Source: Burkholderiales bacterium (GTDB taxonomy: Bacteria > Pseudomonadota > Gammaproteobacteria > Burkholderiales > SG8-39). From it: 25,250 bases of DNA. Both the position numbers and the translations under genes were made by a program. Shown here in pieces: positions 15,930 through 23,669 of this stretch (its first letter is position 1; each line of letters starts with the position of its first letter). The stretch lies in contig JBJMWH010000253.1 in the NCBI GenBank assembly GCA_045810245.1, forward strand, positions 1-25,250. The letters run 5' to 3'. The notes beneath the pieces were generated by a model. That model saw only the letters and a program-made list of their open reading frames with translations. It was not told where the DNA came from and did not search any database.

Positions 15930-16763
15930 ATGCCCAGGACGTTCTTCGACCGGGCGGGCGGGAAGGTTCGCCTTGAAGAGATCTCGGCGGAGCCGCCGAA
16001 GGGAATGACGCGCGAGGGGGCAGAACCTCGCCTGGCGGCGCTCGGCGAGGAGCTCTTCGAGCTGCAGGACGAGATGTTCGCCTCGAAGGCGAGCAGTGCG
16101 CTGGTGGTGCTCCAGGGCCGCGACACCGCGGGCAAGGACGGGACCATCAAGCACGTCGCCGGCTATCTCAATCCGCGCGGACTCAGCGTAGTCTCGTTCG
16201 GCGTGCCGACCGCGGAAGAGCGCGAGCACGATTTCCTGTGGCGCGTGCACCGCCACACGCCGCGCCTGGGCGAGTTCGCCATTTTCAATCGCTCGCATTA
16301 CGAGGACGTGCTGGTCGTGCGCGTCCATGGCCTGGTGCCGAAGGAGCTGTGGAAGGCACGCTACGACCACATCGTCGACTTCGAAGCGCTACTCGCCCAG
16401 CACGACACCCTCGTGCTGAAGTATTTCCTGCACATCACGAAGCATGAGCAGAAGGAGCGGCTGCTCGAGCGCGAAAAGGATCCGGCGAGCGCCTGGAAGC
16501 TCAATCCCAACGATTGGAAGGAGCGCGACTACTGGGACGAGTACACCGAGGCTTATGAGGACGCAATCTCGAAGACCGCCGCGGAGCAGGCGCCGTGGAC
16601 GGTGGTCCCGGCGAACGCCAAGTGGTATCGCAATCTGGTGATCGCCGAATCGATCGTCGGAGCGCTGCGGGCGCACCGCAAGGAGTGGCGCAAAAAGCTG
16701 GAGCAAGTCGCCGCCGAGGCCAAGGCGGCGCTCGCGGCCTATCGGCGGCAGCGCAAGAACTAG
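15930..16763 (+). CDS. ppk2: Polyphosphate kinase 2 family, single domain, class III-like
   Basis: 277 aa from ATG 15930. Walker A QGRDTAGKDG, HDFLWR, FNRSHYEDVLVVRVH and APWTVVPANAKWYRN. Confidence 0.9.
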   Translation: MPRTFFDRAGGKVRLEEISAEPPKGMTREGAEPRLAALGEELFELQDEMFASKASSALVVLQGRDTAGKDGTIKHVAGYLNPRGLSVVSFGVPTAEEREHDFLWRVHRHTPRLGEFAIFNRSHYEDVLVVRVHGLVPKELWKARYDHIVDFEALLAQHDTLVLKYFLHITKHEQKERLLEREKDPASAWKLNPNDWKERDYWDEYTEAYEDAISKTAAEQAPWTVVPANAKWYRNLVIAESIVGALRAHRKEWRKKLEQVAAEAKAALAAYRRQRKN

Positions 16764-16766
16764 ATC

Positions 16767-17345
16767 CTATCCAGGTGAGGTGTCGGCGAAGGCCGGCCGC
16801 TCCAAGAGCTTCTGGTAATGCCGCGCCAGCACCGGATACTCGGCCGGCCAGTCGACGTTGCCCGGCTTGCGGAAGCCGAGCCAGCCGATGCAGCAGCCGA
16901 GCGCGACGTCGGCGAGCGAATAGCGCTCGCCCTGGCACCAGGTCCGGCCTTCCAGATCGGCGGCGAGGCGAGCGGTGGCGCGGCGCATGCGAGCGAGCTG
17001 CTTCTCGACCTGGAACCCATTGCGCACCAGGAGGCCGGCATCGAGCACGCCGTCGGCGAGCGCCTCCCAGCGGCGCACCTGCACGCGCTCGCGGAAATCG
17101 GCCGGGATCAGGCGATTGAGGGGCGAGGCGTGGTCGAGGAACTCGACGATGACACGCGAGTCGTAGAGCGCGGTGCCGTCGTCGAGCACCAGCGCCGGGA
17201 TCTTGCCGAGCGGGTTGTGCGCGTTGACCGGGTTTTCCGCCGGCGCGACATCGACGAGCTCCACGTCGAAGTCGATCTTCTTCTCGGCCAGCACCACGCG
17301 CACCTTGCGCGTGTACGGGCTGGCGAGAGAAGCGAAGAGCTTCAT
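16767..17345 (-). CDS. Glutathione S-transferase family protein
   Basis: 192 aa from ATG 17345. SPYTRKVRV, NPLGKIPALVLDDG..LYDSRVIVEFLD and YSLADVALGC. Confidence 0.92.
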   Translation of the reverse strand: MKLFASLASPYTRKVRVVLAEKKIDFDVELVDVAPAENPVNAHNPLGKIPALVLDDGTALYDSRVIVEFLDHASPLNRLIPADFRERVQVRRWEALADGVLDAGLLVRNGFQVEKQLARMRRATARLAADLEGRTWCQGERYSLADVALGCCIGWLGFRKPGNVDWPAEYPVLARHYQKLLERPAFADTSPG

Positions 17346-17376
17346 CGGGGCGAGGCAAGCATCGGGATTGATACGA

Positions 17377-17967
17377 TTATAGCGGCCCGATGCAGCTCCG
17401 CACCTTCCGCCGCAGCGCCGCAATCACCTCGTCTGCGAACCAGGGGTTCTTCTTCAGCCAGGCCTTGTTGCGCCAGCTCGGATGCGGCAGGACGAAAAAC
17501 TCGGGCAGGTAATCGCGGAACGCGCGCACGGTTTCGCCGACGCTTTTCCTCCTTTTCGCTTTCAGGTAATACGCCTGCGCGTAGCTTCCGACGAGCAACG
17601 TCAACCGGATGTCGGGAAGCGCGGCGCGAAAGCGCGGCTGCCATTGCGGCGCGCATTCGCGGCACGGCGGCAAGTCGGCGCCCTCGACCGTGCCGGGATA
17701 GCAAAGGCCGGCCGGCACGATGGCGATGCGTGAGGTGTCGTAGAAGCGCGCGCGGTCGAGCCCCAGCCACTCGCGTAGCACGTCGCCGGAGGGATCGTTC
17801 CAGGGGATGCCGGTTTCGTGCACCCTGCGGCCGGGCGCCTGGCCGACGATCAGCAAACGCGCGCGGCGTCCGACGAGGAACACCGGCCGAGGCTCGAAGG
17901 GCAGTGAAGCGGCGCACAGTTTGCACGCGCGCGCCTCGGCACTCACCCGGGAAAGCGAAATCGCCAT
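17377..17967 (-). CDS. Uracil-DNA glycosylase superfamily protein (family 4-like, Cys-containing)
   Basis: 196 aa from ATG 17967. CKLC, IVGQAPG, PWNDPSG, LCYPG, LPPCREC and LPHPSWRN. Confidence 0.9.
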   Translation of the reverse strand: MAISLSRVSAEARACKLCAASLPFEPRPVFLVGRRARLLIVGQAPGRRVHETGIPWNDPSGDVLREWLGLDRARFYDTSRIAIVPAGLCYPGTVEGADLPPCRECAPQWQPRFRAALPDIRLTLLVGSYAQAYYLKAKRRKSVGETVRAFRDYLPEFFVLPHPSWRNKAWLKKNPWFADEVIAALRRKVRSCIGPL

Positions 17968-17986
17968 CCCCTTATAATAGAGGCCC
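17968..17986. promoter_or_regulatory. 19-bp bidirectional promoter between divergent udg-like and purB starts
   Basis: Plus strand TATAAT (17973-17978)-N8-ATG; minus strand TATTAT (17979-17974)-N6-ATG. Confidence 0.6.
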
Positions 17987-19351
17987 ATGCCCTCGCCGCT
18001 CGCCGCGCTCTCGCCGCTCGACGGGCGATACGCCAGGACCGCGGACCCGCTGCGCAGCTATTTCAGCGAGCAGGCCCTCATTCGCTACAGGGTGCGCATC
18101 GAGCTCGCCTGGCTCGAGGCGCTCGCCGCCGAGCGCTCGATCAAGGAATTGAAGCCCTTCTCCGCTCAGACCCGGGCCGCGTTCGAAAAGCTGATCGGGG
18201 GCTTCTCCGAGTCGGACGCCGAGAAAATCAAGCAAATCGAGGCCCAGACCAACCACGATGTCAAGGCGATCGAGTACTGGCTGAAGGGGAAGCTGGGCGA
18301 GAACGCCGAGGCGCAGCGCTCGCTCGAGTTCATTCATTTCGCCTGCACCTCCGAGGACATCAACAACCTGGCGTACGCGCTGATGGTGCGGGAGTCGCGC
18401 GACGCGGTCATGCTGCCGCGCCTGGACGAAATCGTCGAGGCGCTGAAGCGCTTGGCGCACCGCCACGCGGGCCTCGCGATGCTTTCTCGCACCCACGGCC
18501 AGGCGGCCACGCCGACCACGCTGGGAAAGGAGATGGCGAACTTCGCCTACCGCCTCGCCCGCGGGCGCAGCCGCATCGCCGAGGTCGGGGTGATGGGCAA
18601 GGCGAACGGCGCCGTGGGTAACTACAACGCCCACCTCATCGCCTATCCCGACTTCGACTGGGAGCGCTTCAGCCGCCGCCTGGTGGAGCGCCTCGGTCTC
18701 GAGTTCAACCCCTACACCACGCAGATCGAGCCGCACGACTGGCTCGCCGAGCTTCTCGACGCTTACGCGCGGGCGAACAGCATCGTGCTCGATCTCGATC
18801 GCGACCTGTGGGGCTACATCTCGCTCGGTTACTTTCGACAGAAGGCCAAAAAAGGCGAAGTGGGCTCCTCGACCATGCCCCACAAGGTGAACCCGATCGA
18901 CTTCGAGAACTCCGAAGGCAATGCCGGCGTCGCCAACGCGCTGCTGCGCCACCTCGCCGACAAGCTGCCGGTGTCGCGCTGGCAGCGCGATCTCTCGGAC
19001 TCCACCGCGCAGCGCAACCTCGGCACGGCGCTGGGACACGGCCTGCTCGCCTATGCTTCATGCCTGCGGGGACTCGCCAGGCTCGAGGCCGATCCGGAGC
19101 GCCTTGCCGGCGACCTGGAGGCCAACTGGGAGGTGCTCGCCGAAGCGGTGCAGCAGGTGATGCGCCGCCACGGCGTGCCCGAGGCCTACGAGAAACTCAA
19201 GGACATGACCCGCGGCCGGCGCCTCGACCGCGCGCAGCTCGCCGCTTTCGTCAGGGCGCTCGCGATTCCGGAGGAGGCGAAGAAGCGCCTCCTCGCCCTG
19301 ACGCCGGCCAAGTACACCGGCCTCGCCGCCGAGCTCGCCAAGCGCGTCTAG
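17987..19351 (+). CDS. purB: Adenylosuccinate lyase
   Basis: LSPLDGRY, TNHDVKAIEY, HFACTSEDINN, SSTMPHKVNPIDFENSEGN and SRWQRDLSDS. Confidence 0.97.
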   Translation: MPSPLAALSPLDGRYARTADPLRSYFSEQALIRYRVRIELAWLEALAAERSIKELKPFSAQTRAAFEKLIGGFSESDAEKIKQIEAQTNHDVKAIEYWLKGKLGENAEAQRSLEFIHFACTSEDINNLAYALMVRESRDAVMLPRLDEIVEALKRLAHRHAGLAMLSRTHGQAATPTTLGKEMANFAYRLARGRSRIAEVGVMGKANGAVGNYNAHLIAYPDFDWERFSRRLVERLGLEFNPYTTQIEPHDWLAELLDAYARANSIVLDLDRDLWGYISLGYFRQKAKKGEVGSSTMPHKVNPIDFENSEGNAGVANALLRHLADKLPVSRWQRDLSDSTAQRNLGTALGHGLLAYASCLRGLARLEADPERLAGDLEANWEVLAEAVQQVMRRHGVPEAYEKLKDMTRGRRLDRAQLAAFVRALAIPEEAKKRLLALTPAKYTGLAAELAKRV

Positions 19352-19373
19352 AGTTTTTCCCGAGAACAGTCGA

Positions 19374-21380
19374 ATGATCTACGCCGCGACGATTTTTTTG
19401 TCCTCGTTTTTGCTTTTTCTGGTGCAGCCCCTGATCGCGAAGCTGATCCTGCCCTGGTTCGGCGGCAGCGCGGCGGTGTGGACGACCTGCATGCTGTTCT
19501 TTCAGGCACTGCTCCTGGCCGGCTACGGCTATGCTCACCTCCTCGAGAAAAAGCTGGGACGGGGCCGGCTCAAGCCGATCATCCATTCGGCGCTTCTCGC
19601 CGCGGCGGTAGCGACGCTGCCGATCTCTCCGTCGGAGGCGTGGAAGCCGGGCGGCGATGAAGAGCCCATCAGCCGCATCCTGTTCCTCCTCGGCATATCG
19701 GTCGGGCTGCCGTACCTCCTCGTCGCCTCCACCAGCCCGTTGCTCCAGGCCTGGTTCGCGCGCGCCCGGCCGGGCGCGAACCCGTACCGGCTGTTCGCCG
19801 TCTCGAACCTCGCCTCCCTCATCGCGCTCGTGGGCTATCCGTTCCTGGTCGAGCCTTTTCTCGCCGCGCATGAGCAGGTGAAGCTCTGGTCGTGGCTCTT
19901 CGTCGCGTTTGCAGTGCTGTGCGCCGTGGTGGCCTGGCGAACGCCGCGCACCCCGGTCGAAGTCGAAACTGCGCCCGTCGCAGCGCCGGTCGCCCACCAG
20001 CAGGTCGGGCTATGGCTCGCGCTTTCGGCCACCGGCTCGGTCCTTCTGCTCGCGACCACCAATCACCTCACGCAGAACGTCGCCTCGATCCCGCTTCTTT
20101 GGCTCGCGCCCCTCACCCTCTATCTCCTCACCTTCATCATCGCCTTCGAGGGACGCAACTGGTACCGGCCGCAGTTCGTATGGCCGTTCGTACTGGCGTG
20201 GCTCGGTGGAATGGCGTGGCTGCTCGTCGATTCGGATTACCACTACAACCTGCCGCTGCAGCTCGGCATGTTCCTTCCGGGACTCTTCCTGGGCTGCCTC
20301 TTCTGCCACGGCGAGATCTACCGGCTGCGGCCCGAGCCGCGGCAGCTCACCAAGTTCTACCTCGTGGTCTCGGCCGGCGGGGCGCTTGGCGGCCTGTTCG
20401 TGGCAGTGGTCGCGCCGCTAGTGTTCGATGCCTATTACGAGCTCGGCATCGGCATGACGGTGCTCGCGCTGCTCGCGGCTACACGCTTCGCCCAGCTCGG
20501 CCGCTTCCAGAGCCTCGCGAGCCTCGCGGTCCTGATGGGCGTCGCGGCCTGCGCCGCTTACGATGCGTTCTCGTACCACCGCGACGTGCGCGTGTCCGAG
20601 CGCGGGTTCTATGGCGTGCTGCGGGTGAAGGAGTATGGCTCCCCCGGCGAGCAGGGACACCTGCGCCGCCTGGTGCACGGCACCATCATGCACGGCGAGC
20701 AGTACCTCGAGCGGCGCCGGTTCATCACCACCTACTATCAGGAGACCTCGGGCATCGGCGTCGCGATCAAGTCGCGCCAGGGGCACGGCGCGATCCGCGT
20801 CGGCGTCATCGGCCTGGGCACCGGAACCATCGCGGCGTACGGCAGGCCCGGCGACGTCTACCGCTTCTACGACATCGACCCGCGCGTGGTGCAGCTCGCG
20901 AGGCGGGAGTTCAGCTTCCTCGCCGACAGCCCGGCGAAGCTCGAGATCGCGCTGGGCGATGCGCGGCTCACGCTCGAGCGAGAGCCGCCGCAGAACTTCG
21001 ACGTGCTCGCGGTCGACGCCTTCTCGAGCGACGCCATCCCGGTGCATCTCATCACCCGCGAGGCGCTCGGCATCTATCTCAAGCACGTGAAGGCCGACGG
21101 TATCGTGGCCTTCCATGTCTCCAACCGCTTCCTCGACCTCATCCCGGTCGTGGCGCGCATCGCCAAGGAGCAGGGCGCGCATGCGGTGCTGGTGAACGAC
21201 GATCCGGACGACGAGGACGAAAGCCTGCGCTCGCGCAGCGACTGGGTGCTGGTGTCGCGCGACCCGGCCGCGCTCGAGCGCGAGCCGATCGTCGAGGGTG
21301 GCGGCCAGCAAGCCGAGGACCAGCCGAGCTGGCGTACCTGGACCGACGACTACTCCAACCTCATTCAAATCCTGAAATAG
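19374..21380 (+). CDS. Multi-TM membrane protein fused to a spermidine-synthase-like SAM-dependent domain
   Basis: 668 aa. Many N-terminal TM helices; the C-terminal domain has VGVIGLGTGT, GDARLTL and VDAFSSDAIPVHL. Confidence 0.88.
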   Translation: MIYAATIFLSSFLLFLVQPLIAKLILPWFGGSAAVWTTCMLFFQALLLAGYGYAHLLEKKLGRGRLKPIIHSALLAAAVATLPISPSEAWKPGGDEEPISRILFLLGISVGLPYLLVASTSPLLQAWFARARPGANPYRLFAVSNLASLIALVGYPFLVEPFLAAHEQVKLWSWLFVAFAVLCAVVAWRTPRTPVEVETAPVAAPVAHQQVGLWLALSATGSVLLLATTNHLTQNVASIPLLWLAPLTLYLLTFIIAFEGRNWYRPQFVWPFVLAWLGGMAWLLVDSDYHYNLPLQLGMFLPGLFLGCLFCHGEIYRLRPEPRQLTKFYLVVSAGGALGGLFVAVVAPLVFDAYYELGIGMTVLALLAATRFAQLGRFQSLASLAVLMGVAACAAYDAFSYHRDVRVSERGFYGVLRVKEYGSPGEQGHLRRLVHGTIMHGEQYLERRRFITTYYQETSGIGVAIKSRQGHGAIRVGVIGLGTGTIAAYGRPGDVYRFYDIDPRVVQLARREFSFLADSPAKLEIALGDARLTLEREPPQNFDVLAVDAFSSDAIPVHLITREALGIYLKHVKADGIVAFHVSNRFLDLIPVVARIAKEQGAHAVLVNDDPDDEDESLRSRSDWVLVSRDPAALEREPIVEGGGQQAEDQPSWRTWTDDYSNLIQILK

Positions 21381-21440
21381 AAAATCGGGGTCTGACCCGA
21401 AAAAAGAAAATGGTGACAGTCACCATTTCTCTCTGACCCG
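21381..21440. repeat. Cluster of REP-like palindromes
   Basis: AATCGGGGTCTGACCCGA (21383-21400), the perfect AAATGGTGAC-A-GTCACCATTT (21408-21428) and the half-site CTCTGACCCG (21431-21440), between convergent stops. Confidence 0.75.
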
Positions 21441-21444
21441 CGAT

Positions 21445-22623
21445 CTAAGATCCCTGGTCGGGATCCTCGTCTTTGCGCGGCGCCCGGATAAAGTGCTCGC
21501 GTCTAACGCCGAGCCACATGAGCAGCGGACTCGCCACTAGCACCGAAGAGTAGATACCGAAGCAGATCCCGATGGTGAGCGCCAGCGCAAAGTAGTGCAG
21601 CGCCGGGCCACCCCAGAAGAGCATCGTGGTCGCCATTAGTTGCGTGCACGCGTGGGTGATGATGGTCCGCGAAATGACTCCGGTAATCGCCGAATCGATC
21701 ACCTCAGGCGTCGAGGCGCGGCGCATCTTCCTGAAGTTTTCGCGCACGCGATCGAACACGACCACCGATTCATTCACGGAATAGCCCAGGATGGCGAGAA
21801 CTGCGGCGAGCACCGGCAGCGAAAACTCCCACTGGAAGAAAGAGAAGCATCCCAGGATGATGACCACGTCGTGCAGGTTGGCGATGATGGCCGAGAGTCC
21901 GAATCTCCACTCGAAGCGCGCCGCGAGATAAGCGACGATGCCAACAGCAGTGGTCGCCAGCGCCAGGGCACCGTACTCCGCCATCTGGCTTCCGATTTGC
22001 GGACCGACGAACTCAGCGCGCCGCAGTTTGCCGTCGTAGTCGTCGATGACGATTGCCTTGGTGAGCCGCTCAGCCACCACTTGTGGGGTCAGCTCGGGGT
22101 TCGGCTGACGAGGTACCTCGACGACGAACGAACGCTGGTCAGGTTCCTGTTTCACGACTGATTTTTCGAGCCCCAATCCTTCGACGATCTCGCGCAGGCG
22201 TTGCAGGTTTCTCGGTGTTGGATATCGGATATTGAGTCTGGTGGCAGCGCCATCGGACTTGTCGTCGACCTTCCCTCGGAACATCGGGAAGGCCAGCTTG
22301 AACATTGCGTCGTCCGCGACGTTGGCGCTCTTCTCGCCTTTCCTTAGCGGAATGCGAATCAGCACATCCGAGGCTGTTCCATAGTTCTGCACTTGATTGT
22401 CCGGATAGCCCGCTTTGGACAGCGTCGAGCGAAGTCCTTCGACGTCAGCCGGCCGGAGATACTGCACCTCCATGGCCGTGCCCCCAGTGAACTCGATCGA
22501 AAAGTGCAGGCCTCTCGTGGCAAGGAAATAGACCGCCGCGATGAACGTCATCAGGGAGATGACGTTGAAGATCAGCGCATACCGCATGAACGGTATGGTT
22601 CGCCGGATCTTGAAGAACTCCAT
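21445..22623 (-). CDS. secF: Protein translocase subunit SecF, second copy with an extended periplasmic region
   Basis: 392 aa with MEFFKIRRTIPFM, SIEFTGG, EFVGPQIG, ANLHDV, GYSVNESVVVFDRVRENF and SRTIIT. 78 aa longer than the upstream copy. Confidence 0.93.
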   Translation of the reverse strand: MEFFKIRRTIPFMRYALIFNVISLMTFIAAVYFLATRGLHFSIEFTGGTAMEVQYLRPADVEGLRSTLSKAGYPDNQVQNYGTASDVLIRIPLRKGEKSANVADDAMFKLAFPMFRGKVDDKSDGAATRLNIRYPTPRNLQRLREIVEGLGLEKSVVKQEPDQRSFVVEVPRQPNPELTPQVVAERLTKAIVIDDYDGKLRRAEFVGPQIGSQMAEYGALALATTAVGIVAYLAARFEWRFGLSAIIANLHDVVIILGCFSFFQWEFSLPVLAAVLAILGYSVNESVVVFDRVRENFRKMRRASTPEVIDSAITGVISRTIITHACTQLMATTMLFWGGPALHYFALALTIGICFGIYSSVLVASPLLMWLGVRREHFIRAPRKDEDPDQGS

Positions 22624-22630
22624 TGAAAGC

Positions 22631-22675
22631 CGGGGTCAGGCCCGAGAAAGAAGCAATCGGGCTCTGACCCCGATT
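22631..22675. repeat. Inverted pair of REP-like elements between the two secF genes
   Basis: CGGGGTCAGGCCCGA (22631-22645) and AATCGGGCTCTGACCCCGATT (22655-22675) are mutually complementary except for one gap. Confidence 0.75.
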
Positions 22676-22694
22676 CTTAGGCTGCGCCCAATTT

Positions 22695-23639
22695 TCAGAC
22701 GACGGCGCCCTCGTGCTCGTCGCGGCCGCGCTCCTTGCGCGCGGCCTTGACGAACTGCTCCCGGCTCGCGCCAAGCCACATGAGGAGCGGGCTCGCCACC
22801 AGCACCGAGGAGTAGATGCCGAAGCAGATGCCGATGGTGAGCGCGAGCGCGAAGTAGTGCAGCGCCGGGCCGCCGAAGAGGAGCATGGTGGTGACCATCA
22901 TCTGGGTGCACAGGTGGGTGATGATGGTCCGCGAGATCACTCCGGTGATGGCCGAATCGATCACCTCGGTGGTCGAGGCCTTGCGCATCTTGCGGAAGTT
23001 CTCCCGCACCCGGTCGAACACCACCACCGACTCGTTCACCGAGTAGCCCAGCACTGCGAGCACCGCGGCGAGCACCGGCAGCGAGAAGTCCCACTGGAAG
23101 AAGGCAAAGCACCCCAGGATGATGACGACGTCGTGCAGGTTGGCGATGATTGCCGACAAGCCGAAGCGCCACTCGAAGCGGATCCACAGGTACAGCACGA
23201 TGAACACCGCGGTGGTCAGCAGCGCGAGCGCGCCGTACTCGACCAGCTCCTTGCCCACCTGCGGGCCGACGAACTCGACCCGCCGCAGCTCAGCGCTCGC
23301 GTCCTGCTCCTTCAGCGCCGCGTGCACCTTCTGCGAGAGATCCGCGCTCGACTGGTTCTTCTCGAGGTGCAGCCGCAGCAGCACGTCGCGCGACGAGCCG
23401 AAGTTCTGCACCTCGGCCTTGTAGCCCGCCTTGTCGAGCGTCTGGCGGATCTTCTCGATCTCCGCCGGCCGGGAGTACGCGACCTCCATCAGTGTGCCGC
23501 CGGTGAACTCGATCGAGAAATTGAGCCCGCGATGCAGCAGGAAAAACACGGCGGCGAGGAACGTGACGAGCGACAGCACGTTGAACACCAGCGCGTGCCG
23601 CATGAACGGGATGGTGCGCCGGATCTTGAAGAATTCCAT
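22695..23639 (-). CDS. secF: Protein translocase subunit SecF, canonical-length copy
   Basis: 314 aa, directly downstream of secD with a GGAG RBS. All SecF motifs are present. Confidence 0.96.
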   Translation of the reverse strand: MEFFKIRRTIPFMRHALVFNVLSLVTFLAAVFFLLHRGLNFSIEFTGGTLMEVAYSRPAEIEKIRQTLDKAGYKAEVQNFGSSRDVLLRLHLEKNQSSADLSQKVHAALKEQDASAELRRVEFVGPQVGKELVEYGALALLTTAVFIVLYLWIRFEWRFGLSAIIANLHDVVIILGCFAFFQWDFSLPVLAAVLAVLGYSVNESVVVFDRVRENFRKMRKASTTEVIDSAITGVISRTIITHLCTQMMVTTMLLFGGPALHYFALALTIGICFGIYSSVLVASPLLMWLGASREQFVKAARKERGRDEHEGAVV

Positions 23640-23669
23640 GCGCTTAGCTCCAGGCGTTTCTTGCCGGTC

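Noticed and set aside
13535-16150. 871-aa minus-strand ORF and other long antisense/alternate-frame ORFs (4360-6108, 8360-10168 part, 12247-13122, 17972-19039)
   Set aside because: Shadow frames of well-supported genes in GC-rich DNA, with low-complexity Arg/Ala/Pro-rich translations and no motifs. Only the last 71 codons of the 8360-10384 frame were kept as a gene.
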